Assembly (NCBI GenBank): GCA_031972375.1
Contig: DALYEU010000017.1
Span: 9,476-37,255, forward strand
Reading direction: 5' to 3'
DNA from: a bacterium
Lineage (GTDB): Bacteria > UBA10199 > DSSB01
Length of the DNA: 27,780 bases
How positions within the stretch are numbered: position 1 is the first letter of the stretch; every line of letters starts with the position of its first letter. Both the position numbers and the translations under genes were made by a program. The notes under the pieces were generated by a model, which was not told the DNA's origin, did no database searches, and saw nothing but the letters and a program-made list of their open reading frames with translations. Shown here one piece after another: positions 1-9,198 of this stretch.

Positions 1-5
1 TTTGG

Positions 6-401
6 GTGCTGCTAGGTATTATGCTGGTCCTGCTTTGTGTGCTTAGCTTATTTTTTTATTCAATTTTACTCAATGCAACTATTACCCGCTCTTATCTCAC
101 CTTAGATTTGGGAGATACCTTGAAGTTGGGGGCCATTGGGGACTACTCCAAAGCCACCTGGAAAAACTGGTTGATCGTCGCCTTGGCCCTGATCCCTTTT
201 TCTTTCATCGTCATGGCGGTGGGCTCTATTTTGCTATTCGTCGGCACCTACCTATCGACGGTGGTCTTGGGAGTTGCCAGCACCCATTTGAGTTGGCAGG
301 TATACAATATTTATCTTTCCCAAGGCGGTGTGCCCATCCCCAGGGCGGAGATCAAGCCCCTGCCTTCGGAGTTGGCGGTACCCCCCGCTCAACCTTCGTG
401 A
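6..401 (+). CDS. Hypothetical integral membrane protein. The reading frame is open to the window edge, so it may be 5'-truncated. Strongly hydrophobic; about 3-4 predicted TM helices
   Basis: ORF track 131 aa with hydrophobic stretches (LLGIMLVLLCVLSLFF, LIVALALIPFSFIVMAVGSILLFVGTYL). The first in-frame codon is GTG at 6 and there is no upstream in-frame stop inside the window. No recognisable family motif. Confidence 0.4.
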   Translation: MLLGIMLVLLCVLSLFFYSILLNATITRSYLTLDLGDTLKLGAIGDYSKATWKNWLIVALALIPFSFIVMAVGSILLFVGTYLSTVVLGVASTHLSWQVYNIYLSQGGVPIPRAEIKPLPSELAVPPAQPS

Positions 402-435
402 TTTTTAGGATACACCACGCCAGGGGATAGACCGA

Positions 436-1839
436 TCAAGGATGGGTCATCTTGGTGGGGTCCACCCATTGGTCAAATTCTTCGGAACTTAAAAATCCCA
501 GACGCACAGCGGTTTCTTTCAAAGTTGAATCATGATGCAGGGCCTCGTGGGCGATTTTAGCGGCATTGTCATAGCCGATCTTGGGAGCCAGAGCCGTGAC
601 CAGCATCAGTGATTGGTTGAGGAAGAATTCAATGCGTTTTTCGTTGGCGGAGAGATCTTTCACGCAATAGCGCGTAAACAGTTCACAGCTGTCGGCCAGT
701 AGGGATTTAGAATGCAGAAAATTAAAGATCATGACGGGTTTGAAGACGTTGAGTTCGAAATTTCCTTGGGATCCCGCAAAACCGATGGCGGCGTCATTCC
801 CCATCACCTGTACGGCGACCATGGTCATGGCTTCGGCCTGGGTGGGATTTACTTTGCCGGGCATGATGGAAGAGCCCGGTTCATTTTCGGGAAGATGCAA
901 TTCTCCTAAACCACAGCGGGGTCCCGATCCCAACCAACGCAAGTCGTTGGCAATCTTCATCAGAGAGCAGGCTAAGGTTTTTAGGGCGCCATGGGCAAAG
1001 ACCAAGGCGTCATGGGCCGCTAGGGCAGCAAATTTATTCGGGGCGGAGATAAAGGGTAATCCCGTTAGTTCGGCGATGTAGGCGGCTGATTTTTCCGCAA
1101 ACTGGGGATGGGTATTGAGTCCCGTGCCGACGGCGGTACCACCCAAGGCGAGTTCGTAGAGTCCGGGGAGTGTGCTTTCGATGCGTTCCATATCTGCATC
1201 TAGTTGTGCAACATATCCGGAAAATTCCTGTTCCAAGGTGAGGGGAACGGCATCCTGTAAATGGGTGCGACCTATTTTTACGATATGTCGAAAGCCGAGG
1301 GCTTTTTCCTGTAGGGCATCGCGTAGTATACGAACTCGGGGTAGCAAGGTGTGGCGTAGTTCGTAGGCTGCGGCAATATGCATGGCCGTGGGAAAGGTGT
1401 CGTTGGAGGATTGCGACATATTCACATGGTCATTGGGGTGGATCGGATTTTTACTTCCCAATTTTCCTCCAGCTAATTCGATGGCTCGATTGGAAATCAC
1501 CTCATTGACATTCATGTTGCTTTGGGTTCCCGAACCGGTTTGCCAAACGTGCAAGGGAAAGTGATCGTGGAGTTGGCCGGAGATGACTTCTTCTGCTGCT
1601 CTTACGATGAGCTGGGTTTTTTCTTCAGAGAGTTTTCCCAGGGATTGATTAGTAAGAGCGGCTGCCTTTTTGAGAACGCCGAAGGCCCAGACCACTTCTT
1701 GAGGCATGAGATCACGGCCAATCTTGAAATGGGTGAGGGAGCGTTGGGTTTGGGCGCCCCAATAACGATCGGCGGGAACATCGATGGCTCCCATGCTATC
1801 GGTTTCGGAACGGGTGGATTGGGTCAGGCTTTCTTTCAT
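436..1839 (-). CDS. fumC: Fumarate hydratase class II (iron-independent fumarase)
   Basis: [13 protein letters not shown] fumarase/aspartase signature. N-terminus [35 protein letters not shown] aligns with E. coli FumC ([25 protein letters not shown]). Start moved from track's 1899 to ATG 1839..1837, which has the SD GAGGA 7 nt upstream. Confidence 0.9.
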   Translation of the reverse strand: MKESLTQSTRSETDSMGAIDVPADRYWGAQTQRSLTHFKIGRDLMPQEVVWAFGVLKKAAALTNQSLGKLSEEKTQLIVRAAEEVISGQLHDHFPLHVWQTGSGTQSNMNVNEVISNRAIELAGGKLGSKNPIHPNDHVNMSQSSNDTFPTAMHIAAAYELRHTLLPRVRILRDALQEKALGFRHIVKIGRTHLQDAVPLTLEQEFSGYVAQLDADMERIESTLPGLYELALGGTAVGTGLNTHPQFAEKSAAYIAELTGLPFISAPNKFAALAAHDALVFAHGALKTLACSLMKIANDLRWLGSGPRCGLGELHLPENEPGSSIMPGKVNPTQAEAMTMVAVQVMGNDAAIGFAGSQGNFELNVFKPVMIFNFLHSKSLLADSCELFTRYCVKDLSANEKRIEFFLNQSLMLVTALAPKIGYDNAAKIAHEALHHDSTLKETAVRLGFLSSEEFDQWVDPTKMTHP

Positions 1840-1973
1840 GGCGTTTTCCTCTGTTAAAGGCCGTGAGGTTTGGCTGAAAAAAAGACGGGCCCCTAGCATT
1901 TCCGAGGGGAAATTGACAACCAGTGAATCGTATGGAGCGAGAGAGTTGTTTAAGGGGGGGACTGGCGACAGTT

Positions 1974-2351
1974 TTAGCGCAGGGTGTAGTCCCGAATTGT
2001 GTTGATGAGCTCTTTTTGGTTGATGGCTTTGGTTAGATAGCCCACGGCCCCAAGTTGTAGGCTTTCGTTGGCGATTTCTCCGTCGGACAAAGAAGACAAA
2101 ATAACCACAGGTGTTTTGCGCAATTGGGGGGTGCTTTTGAGTTGGCGAATAAAACCAAAGCCACTCATGCCCGGAAGCATGAGATCTAATAGGATGAGTT
2201 GGGGTTGGACCTGTTGGGCTTTTTCTAGTCCTTCCGCAGCGGTCGAGGCCGTCTCACAAAGAAAATAATTATCTTCGAGGGTGTCCTTGATGAGACGAAG
2301 CGTGTCGGCATCGTCTTCGACGATGAGGATGGTTTTTTTCGCTTTGATCAT
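1974..2351 (-). CDS. Single-domain response regulator (CheY-like receiver, no output domain)
   Basis: ILIVEDD acidic pocket, [13 protein letters not shown] phospho-acceptor Asp, VVILSS conserved Thr/Ser, YLTKA conserved Lys; 125 aa. AGGAGGAGGA just upstream of the ATG. Confidence 0.8.
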   Translation of the reverse strand: MIKAKKTILIVEDDADTLRLIKDTLEDNYFLCETASTAAEGLEKAQQVQPQLILLDLMLPGMSGFGFIRQLKSTPQLRKTPVVILSSLSDGEIANESLQLGAVGYLTKAINQKELINTIRDYTLR

Positions 2352-2435
2352 TCCTCCTCCTGGGGGAAATCTGGAGTGTGAAAATTTTAGGAAGATATCC
2401 CCAACGAATATTTTGCCCTACAATGTTAGAGTTCT

Positions 2436-2471
2436 TATCCATTCCTCGCAAGTGGATAGCTGTGTTTTTTG
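2436..2471 (+). terminator. Weak stem-loop (TATCCA-N11-TGGATA) followed by TGTGTTTTTT in the divergent RR/HK intergenic region. Possibly a leader or attenuator structure
   Basis: Read directly from the sequence: 6-bp stem 2436-2441/2453-2458, then a T-run 2463-2470. The stem is AT-rich and weak. Confidence 0.2.
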
Positions 2472-2509
2472 AATTCTATTATTTTCTTTAGTATTTTTAT
2501 GGAGATAGC

Positions 2510-4204
2510 ATGGCAAATTCGGATTTTTCCCAGGAGCGATTTTGGATTCAGGAAAGTATTTTTTCCCATCCCATGCCGGTCGTCTTTTGGAAGACCGATC
2601 AGAATTTGAAATTTATGCTTTCCCTCGGTGCGGGTTTGCAAGATTTGGGTTTGGTTTCCAACGAGGTCGTGGGAATGAGTCTCTACGATTTCTTTTCCAC
2701 TCGGGACGATAATTTTCCTCCCATCGCGATACATCGGAGGGCGTCTCAAGGTATTGCGTCCACCTATGAATTTGAATGGCGAGGCAGAATTTTTTACTGT
2801 CATGTCATGCCGTGTCTCGAGCCTTCTCGAGAAATTTCAGGAGTGCTCGGAGTTGCTTTTGACATCACCGAACGTAAAAAAAACGAAGAAGAACTCAAGC
2901 AACGCGCTGAACAGGTGATTCGATTTCAGAGCGTCTTATTGCAATTAGCTAAACAGGATGTGTTTGATTTGTATGCCGCTTTGCGAAAGATCACCCAAGT
3001 CAGTGCTGAGGCCATGGGTGTCGATCGGGTGAGTGTGTGGCGGTTTTCACAAAACCGCGACGCGATTGTTTGCAGTGCCTTGTACCAAGGTTCTCGGGGA
3101 AGTCACGAGGCGGGAATGGAGCTTCGTGCCCAGGACTACCCAGCGTATTTTAGCGCTTTGGAAGCGAGTCGTACCTTGGCCGCCCATGAGGCACAACACG
3201 ATCCGCGTACCATCGAATTTGCCAAAGAGTATTTGATTCCCCAGGGTATCACTTCCATGCTCGATGTTCCCATTCGTATCGAGGGACAAGTGGTCGGGGT
3301 TTTATGTCACGAACACGTTGGGTCTGCCCGAGTTTGGACTCCGGAGGAGCAAGAATTCAGTGCTTCTATCGCCGATTGGGTTTCCCTGGCGATGGAATCC
3401 TCAGAACGGCGCAATATGCAGGAAGCTTTGCAGTTGGCGACCGAGGAGCTTAAGCGTTCTAACCAAGAACTGGAACAATTCGCCTACGTGGCTTCCCATG
3501 ATTTGCAGGAGCCACTCCATAAAATCGTCGCCTTTGTGGATCGTTTGCAGAGCCTGCCAAAAGAGGATCCGCGTCGAGAGGAGTATTTCGCCAGTATCGG
3601 ACGAGCGGCCCATCACATGCGTTTGTTGATTTCCGATCTTTTGCAATTTGCTCGGGTGACGACCCAGGCCAAGCCATTCGAGTTAGTGGATTTGAAATCT
3701 CTCATCGGCGAAATTTTAAGTGATTTAGAAGTGAGAATTACCGATTATCATGCGGAGTTTTCCGTAGAGCCCTTGCCTGTGGTTTTGGGGGATCGCTCCC
3801 AACTTCGACAGTTATTTCAAAATTTATTTTCCAACGCCTTAAAGTTTCGTAAGCCAGATCTTGCTCCGAAGATCCGGGTGTTTTCCGAAGTGCCTGAACC
3901 GGGTTGGATTCGAGTGGTCGTCGAAGATAATGGAATCGGTTTTGATAACCGTTACCGAAAGAAAATTTTTCAACCTTTTCAGCGTTTGCATTCTCGCAGT
4001 CTTTACGAGGGTTCTGGAATGGGTTTGACCTTATGCCAGAAAATTGCGCAGCGTCATCAGGGTAGACTGTTTGCTGAGGGAGAGGAAGGTCAAGGCTCCA
4101 AGTTTTTTTTAGACCTTCCCCATACGGAAGAAAAGAGTATGGAGAATTTTTCGGGCGAATCGTTTAGAATGGAGTCGCTCGATCCAGCTCAGGAAAAAAA
4201 TTAA
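2510..4204 (+). CDS. Cytoplasmic sensor histidine kinase: PAS - GAF - HisKA - HATPase_c (no TM segments)
   Basis: H-box FAYVASHDLQEPLHKI (the Cph1/phytochrome-type HDLQEPL variant). N-box NLFSNALKF, G1 DNGIGF, G2 GSGMGL. N-terminal PAS-like fold, then a GAF-like block (VDRVSVWRF...MLDVPIRIEGQVVGVLCHEH). SD GGAG 5 nt before ATG 2510. Confidence 0.85.
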   Translation: MANSDFSQERFWIQESIFSHPMPVVFWKTDQNLKFMLSLGAGLQDLGLVSNEVVGMSLYDFFSTRDDNFPPIAIHRRASQGIASTYEFEWRGRIFYCHVMPCLEPSREISGVLGVAFDITERKKNEEELKQRAEQVIRFQSVLLQLAKQDVFDLYAALRKITQVSAEAMGVDRVSVWRFSQNRDAIVCSALYQGSRGSHEAGMELRAQDYPAYFSALEASRTLAAHEAQHDPRTIEFAKEYLIPQGITSMLDVPIRIEGQVVGVLCHEHVGSARVWTPEEQEFSASIADWVSLAMESSERRNMQEALQLATEELKRSNQELEQFAYVASHDLQEPLHKIVAFVDRLQSLPKEDPRREEYFASIGRAAHHMRLLISDLLQFARVTTQAKPFELVDLKSLIGEILSDLEVRITDYHAEFSVEPLPVVLGDRSQLRQLFQNLFSNALKFRKPDLAPKIRVFSEVPEPGWIRVVVEDNGIGFDNRYRKKIFQPFQRLHSRSLYEGSGMGLTLCQKIAQRHQGRLFAEGEEGQGSKFFLDLPHTEEKSMENFSGESFRMESLDPAQEKN

Positions 4205-4220
4205 TTTTACCGGTGTTTCG

Positions 4221-4640
4221 ATGTTAGAGGCTATCACAACAGACGAGAGATTTTTTCTTATCGCCGAAGACGATCCCGATCATTATTTCTTGCTGCACGA
4301 TGCGGTGGAGGCGGCAGGTTTGGGCGTGGAGGTGAAGTGGGTTGATGATGGCGAGCGGCTTTTGACTTTTTTAGACGAGTGTTTAGAACGGCACCATTTG
4401 CCAAAACTCTTGTTGTTGGATCTCAATATGCCCCGCAAGGATGGTCGTGAGGCTTTGGTTCGTTTGCGGGGGGATCATCGTTTTGCGGATTTGCCGGTCG
4501 TGGTGCTGACAACCTCAACCAGCGAGGAAGACAGTCAGTTGGCTAAAAGTTTGGGGGTTCAGGATTTTTTTCATAAACCCCTGCGTTTTCATGATTACGT
4601 CGAGTTGATGGGACAAGTGGGAAAACGCTTTCTTGAATAG
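4221..4640 (+). CDS. Single-domain response regulator, Rcp1-like (phytochrome-associated type)
   Basis: LIAEDDPDHYF, LLLLDLNMPRKDGREAL, VVVLTTSTSEED, FFHKPL. It closely parallels Synechocystis Rcp1 (LILLDLNLPKKDGREVL...VVVLTTSHNEDD). It starts 17 nt after the HK stop. Confidence 0.8.
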   Translation: MLEAITTDERFFLIAEDDPDHYFLLHDAVEAAGLGVEVKWVDDGERLLTFLDECLERHHLPKLLLLDLNMPRKDGREALVRLRGDHRFADLPVVVLTTSTSEEDSQLAKSLGVQDFFHKPLRFHDYVELMGQVGKRFLE

Positions 4641-4808
4641 CTCTCTCTCCTTCGAGCTACCCATCACTTGAGGATTACCTACCTAAAATTTCTTCCCCCA
4701 GATCTATGGGTTCGGTTTTAAGAGGCTTGCCGGGTTTTTCCAAAACAACTTCTTTTTTTCTGCTTCGATAAGGTTCACCCGTATTTATTTCATGAGTGGA
4801 ACCGGGTG

Positions 4809-7800
4809 ATGTCCTTGAAAATTTTATCGTCTTCACAATTTCAGTTTTTTTCCGACTCAGGCCAATCTGTTTCCAAAACCGTTTCAGGGACTAAGTCCAA
4901 ATCCTCTGCCACCAGCCTATACCGACAGGCCCGTCAGCTAGAGCAAATTCATGATAGGGAAGCGTCTGAAATCATTTATAGAACCTTGATTAAGGATCAT
5001 CCCGATACTCCCCAGGCGGATCGGGCACGCCGTCGCTTGGAGGTGTTGGCGGGTCGTGGGTCTTGGGTAGATCGGGTGGAGCACTCCGTTCCTGTTTTCA
5101 TGACTGAAATGCTCTCTCCTGGTTCGATGGGGCCCATGATGGTGTCTGGTCTGGGATTTCGTCTCACCCGTTTGGGTTTGGGGTCTTGGATGACCCATCG
5201 GGGGTCTTGGTCGAGCATGGTCGGACAATTCGGAGTTCGAGGCTTGTCCTCATTGGGGGCCTTGGGAGCCGAAGGGATGGTGTTTAGTACGGCACACCGC
5301 TTTTCTGCCGCTGCTTTGGGTCAGACGGTCGACTGGAGCGGGTCCGCTTGGCTGAAAGACTGTTCTCATTCGTGGTTGATGATGGGAGGGATGCGATTCG
5401 TTGGAAGCGCGGCTCAAGGGCTCTATAGCCTGGGGCATCGAGTGTCTTCCGTCACTGGAAAAGTGGAGCGCTGGAGCGCTTTAGCTCCCGTAAGTCGTCG
5501 TTTGGCCACTGAAGGCGGCGCTGTGGGGGGGCTGTTGCTTGGCTCTTGGTTGGCGGCGGGAGCTTCTTGGAAAGATTTGGGTGAGTCCCCGCTGCTCCAG
5601 GCTTTAATGACGCATCTGCAATTTAAGATCACAGGTTCTTTGATTCATGAGGTCTTCCCTCGTCTAGGCCAATGGGAATGTATCCTAGAGCGAGGCTTTC
5701 AGCGTTTAGGTGAAAGACCCTTGAGTTCTTGGATGCCGCTGGTGTTCGAACGTTTTTTTTCGGATTTTGCACCCCAATTGTTGCGGCCAGCTTGGCAAGG
5801 GGCCTCGGTAGTACCGGGGCGTGATGGATCGAAGGCTCTGCCTTTGCAGTTGCAAATGGGAGTCCATGGGCCTCAGGCCCGTAGTTCTGGTCAGCGGCCA
5901 CTTTTCAAAGGGCGAGAAATTTCTACGATTGATAAGTTTTTTAACAGCAACATGTTGGAGCGTGGGACCCTGTTTTTAAAGGCGCTCCTTCTTTGGGAGG
6001 GGTTGAGTCCCGTCGAAAGAAAGGTGGATCAGGGGGCTTGGGTACGGATCTATCAACAACAAAGTGCTTCGTGGCGTCGTCGGATTAAAGAAAATTCGCC
6101 CGATGCCTTGTTGCCTTCGCCATTGAGCGAAAAACAGTTGTATGATTTTTTAGATACCTTTTCGGTTCTCTGGAAGGAGAGCGTCGTTTCAGGACAACGC
6201 TCTCCTGTATCTGCTGTTTTTTCTTGGCTAAAACCCCGCGATGCTTTGCTTTGGAAGAATTTTTTTACCACGGTTTTTCTCATCGGTGACAAAGGAAAGG
6301 TTCGCGATTCAAGTGTGCTGCTCCCCTGGATGGTGCAGGGCATGGACAGTCTCGAAGGGCTCCTCTGGGAGTACTTAGACTATCCACAAGTTAAAGAGTC
6401 TCGTCGATTGGAGGTTTTGGCGTTTTTAGAAGCGGAGATGGAATACTTGCCCGTGTCCAAGCGTGGGGAGCGTTTTTATAAAATTCTGCAATGGGCACAG
6501 GGTGCTCAAGACCCTCTTTTGGCCCAAAGGGCTCAGAAAGTGGTAGACCGTTGGGTTTACAAGCTTCCCAAAGAAGATTTGGCTAGAGCCCTGTTTGAGT
6601 TGTCCACCGATTTTGTGCGCTACTACGATCGTAGCCAAGGCAATGTCTCCGGATTGGTTTTGAATTGGGGAACTTTATTAGAGCGTTTAACTGCAACCCC
6701 TCGAAAAGAAGTTGTGTCGCAGGTCGTTAAGTTCTCCCGTGATCCTGATGCTCGGGTTCGAGAAAATGCACGAGTTTGGCTGCGACAAGTTGAAGCATTT
6801 TTTAAAAATAATTCCCAATACAGAACGATGGTCGAGGGTATCAGACAGGAGTTGCTCCGATCCGAAGAGTTAGAGCGGCAAGCCGATTATGTCGCTTTGT
6901 CGCGTTTGGATAAGAAAATGCGGCAATTGATCCCGGTTTCCAGAGCAAGGCGCGGCAGTGGTTTTTCTGAGGATATTGGAAAATTATGGAAGAGCGCATT
7001 GCGGATTCAAGACCCGGCGTTGCTAAGCGATGCCTTAAGGCGGCTTGTTTCGACTTTGCCCTGGTTGACGGCCTCGGAGCGAGTGGCCCATGTAATGCCT
7101 GCTATCGAGTTATATTTTTCATCTCCAAGACAGATGACTTCCCAAAACCAACAATATTTTTATGAGATCAACCGCTCTTGGATGCGGGTGTTTGGCTATT
7201 TTTCTCCCAGGGTGCTCCAGAAAATTTTTAGGAGTATTGAAATAGGCCTAGAGGATGCTCAGCCCGCAAATCAAGCTTTGTGGGAAAGCTGGATACGGGT
7301 TACCGCTTCTGTGGGTTTGGATAGGTTTCCGGAAGAGCTACAGTTGCATCTTTGGTCGTTGGGATCACGGGATCGGGAGACTAGCGAATGGGCTGTGGAT
7401 GGCCTCGTTTCTCTTTATCCACGCTTGCAACCAAAATATAAAATCGATTTTTGGCGTTATGTGAGTCGTGGTTCTTTTCCCGAGGCCCCACATTTTTTTG
7501 AGAGCTATTTTTCCACCTTATACTCTCGAGGTATCGAGCCTCTTTTAGTGTCGACCGATGGACAATGGTTACGGCCTATTCTGTGGAAGCTCTGGCAAGT
7601 TTTTCCGCACGGAAAGGTTTCTTCACCCCCCACAGATTGGAAAGCAGTTTTATTGGGCGGTAAAAAGTCAGGCCTCACTAAGGCGCAACTGGAAAAGCTC
7701 GATCAATTTTTGAAAATATTACATGACGAAGCCCAAGGCCCAGAATTGGAAGCTTCGCGTCGTGTTTTGCAAGGTTTGTGGGAGGAGGTCCGACGCCAAC

Positions 7801-7811
7801 AGTCGGAATAG
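4809..7811 (+). CDS. Large (1000 aa) hypothetical protein of unknown function. It has an N-terminal TPR-like helix pair, a Gly/Ser/Trp/Met-rich low-complexity region, and a long Trp-rich predicted alpha-helical body with at least one HEAT/PBS-like repeat
   Basis: Uninterrupted 3-kb ORF on the same strand and immediately downstream of the HK-RR pair. First ATG at 4809 (track starts at GTG 4806). No catalytic or nucleotide-binding motif was recognised. RDPDARVRENARVWL resembles a HEAT-like repeat. Degenerate GSW-containing repeats occur across aa ~95-260. Confidence 0.75.
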   Translation: MSLKILSSSQFQFFSDSGQSVSKTVSGTKSKSSATSLYRQARQLEQIHDREASEIIYRTLIKDHPDTPQADRARRRLEVLAGRGSWVDRVEHSVPVFMTEMLSPGSMGPMMVSGLGFRLTRLGLGSWMTHRGSWSSMVGQFGVRGLSSLGALGAEGMVFSTAHRFSAAALGQTVDWSGSAWLKDCSHSWLMMGGMRFVGSAAQGLYSLGHRVSSVTGKVERWSALAPVSRRLATEGGAVGGLLLGSWLAAGASWKDLGESPLLQALMTHLQFKITGSLIHEVFPRLGQWECILERGFQRLGERPLSSWMPLVFERFFSDFAPQLLRPAWQGASVVPGRDGSKALPLQLQMGVHGPQARSSGQRPLFKGREISTIDKFFNSNMLERGTLFLKALLLWEGLSPVERKVDQGAWVRIYQQQSASWRRRIKENSPDALLPSPLSEKQLYDFLDTFSVLWKESVVSGQRSPVSAVFSWLKPRDALLWKNFFTTVFLIGDKGKVRDSSVLLPWMVQGMDSLEGLLWEYLDYPQVKESRRLEVLAFLEAEMEYLPVSKRGERFYKILQWAQGAQDPLLAQRAQKVVDRWVYKLPKEDLARALFELSTDFVRYYDRSQGNVSGLVLNWGTLLERLTATPRKEVVSQVVKFSRDPDARVRENARVWLRQVEAFFKNNSQYRTMVEGIRQELLRSEELERQADYVALSRLDKKMRQLIPVSRARRGSGFSEDIGKLWKSALRIQDPALLSDALRRLVSTLPWLTASERVAHVMPAIELYFSSPRQMTSQNQQYFYEINRSWMRVFGYFSPRVLQKIFRSIEIGLEDAQPANQALWESWIRVTASVGLDRFPEELQLHLWSLGSRDRETSEWAVDGLVSLYPRLQPKYKIDFWRYVSRGSFPEAPHFFESYFSTLYSRGIEPLLVSTDGQWLRPILWKLWQVFPHGKVSSPPTDWKAVLLGGKKSGLTKAQLEKLDQFLKILHDEAQGPELEASRRVLQGLWEEVRRQQSE

Positions 7812-7891
7812 CTTTTTCTTATTTATCTCCCCGACAACTTGCGTTTGCTTTGCCCTCTACCTGTTAATGGTGTGCGTGGAAAAAGAAATGA

Positions 7892-8599
7892 CTAATGACT
7901 TTCTTCGCATTGTTTCTTCACTGGGGCAGTAATTTGCAAATCGACTTCGGTCCAAGTTTTGGAAACTCCGTCTTTGCCCGTGTGTTGGACTTCACAAGCT
8001 TTATGGAGAGAGTCAAAAGCGCCTTGCGCCCCAAATTGGAGCAAGTCGATCTTTCCTTGGGCAATGAAGCTGCCTTCAGGAGTGGACTGATAAGTGAAAG
8101 GGATTTTTTGGGTATTGCCGTTCAGAGTAATGTTCAGAGTGAGTTGACCGCTTTGCTCATCTCCTTGTAGATCGGCCAAAGTACCATGCAGTTTAAAGGG
8201 AGGCGTGAGCTTTTCGAAAAAGAATTGTCGAACTGTAGCGTTGCGACCGGGATCGCCAGACTCGAAGGAATTGCCGTCGATCTCCATTTGCATACCTTGA
8301 ACCAGGGCCTTTAGGCTGGTTGCGGAACGAGGTCCCGAAAGCGTTGTCTGGTTGAAGCCCCCTTTGACCGCCGCTTTTTCGTTGAATTTGTAAGCGGTCC
8401 ACTGCACTTTTACGTCTTGTGGCTCCAAAGAATAAGTGCAGGATTTATTTTCCGGTGTGTTGGCCTGGACATTTTCTGTCGTTTGGGCCGGTTTATTGGT
8501 GGGGCTTGTGTCTGAACTTTGGTTTTTGCAGGACAAGACCGTCATGGTTAAGCTGAGTGCGATTAGACTTCGGATCCATAAAGAACGAGGGGACTGCAT
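7892..8599 (-). CDS. YceI-like (polyisoprenoid-binding family) lipoprotein
   Basis: Start re-set to ATG 8599..8597; the track's start at 8662 is a TTG. Signal peptide MQSPRSLWIRSLIALSLTMTVLSC with a lipobox-like VLSC. The mature part shows a YceI-like pattern: YKFNEKAAVKGGFN, ITLNGNTQKIPF and TEVDLQI correspond to E. coli YceI blocks FKDFDGTF, LTLNGVTKPVTL and QEVDLII. Confidence 0.55.
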   Translation of the reverse strand: MQSPRSLWIRSLIALSLTMTVLSCKNQSSDTSPTNKPAQTTENVQANTPENKSCTYSLEPQDVKVQWTAYKFNEKAAVKGGFNQTTLSGPRSATSLKALVQGMQMEIDGNSFESGDPGRNATVRQFFFEKLTPPFKLHGTLADLQGDEQSGQLTLNITLNGNTQKIPFTYQSTPEGSFIAQGKIDLLQFGAQGAFDSLHKACEVQHTGKDGVSKTWTEVDLQITAPVKKQCEESH

Positions 8600-8725
8600 G
8601 ATGGGGCTTCCTCCCTTAAGAGTTTGGGGTCCTAAAGTGTTCCGAAGCCTTGTGGATTTCAACTAAAAAATCTTAGGTTTTGTTCAAGAACATTTAAGCA
8701 GAGGTCTTGCCTCGAAGGATCTAAC

Positions 8726-9082
8726 ATGAACCCCGCTTCGCTTCGGCTTATTTTATCAAGAGGTGTGCTGTGTCGTTGTCCTCGCTGTGGCGTCGGAAAA
8801 ATTTACAAGGGTTTTTATCGTTTAAAATCTCAGTGCGAGCATTGTTCGCTGTTTTTTCTCCGTGATCCCATCGATGTCTTGTCTTTCATGTATATGAGTA
8901 CGGCCTTGCTGACCGGGGTGGGGATTTTTCTTCTATTTCTTTGGAAGCCAGAGAATTTATTTTTGGGAAGATTGTTGATGGCGGCTGTTGCCTTATTGAT
9001 CATCGTGGGAACTTTACCGATACGCAAAGGTGTGGCGGTGGCTTTGGAATATTGGGTGAGAGAACGTCTTGAGGAAGATTAG
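8726..9082 (+). CDS. DUF983-family small membrane protein with an N-terminal zinc-ribbon (CPRCG...CEHC)
   Basis: 118 aa. RCPRCGVGKIYKGFYRLKSQCEHCS is followed by two hydrophobic helices, which is typical of DUF983. SD GAAGGA 6 nt before the ATG. Confidence 0.6.
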   Translation: MNPASLRLILSRGVLCRCPRCGVGKIYKGFYRLKSQCEHCSLFFLRDPIDVLSFMYMSTALLTGVGIFLLFLWKPENLFLGRLLMAAVALLIIVGTLPIRKGVAVALEYWVRERLEED

Positions 9083-9198
9083 CCTAAAATTCGATTAGAG
9101 GGGGTGAAAGCGCACGGAAGAACCTTGTCTCAAGGGGTGAGGGTCAATTCCCAGAGACCACACGGAACGACGAGCGTACGGTGAAAGTGTTGTTGGGA

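Noticed and set aside
712-1857. Plus-strand ORFs (65-116 aa) lying antisense inside fumC
   Set aside because: They are entirely embedded in a high-confidence conserved CDS on the other strand, with no RBS or family signature. Typical shadow ORFs.
2510-4204. Possibility that the kinase is a genuine (bacterio)phytochrome photoreceptor
   Set aside because: Only the H-box and the partner receiver are phytochrome-like. The sensor has PAS+GAF but no PHY domain, no N-terminal or GAF Cys in the bilin-attachment positions, and no phytochrome GAF signature.
9083-9198. 115-bp convergent gap between the DUF983 gene and nfuA, checked for terminators or small RNAs
   Set aside because: Only a 5-bp CCTTG-TCT-CAAGG hairpin without a U-tract was found, which is too weak to call.
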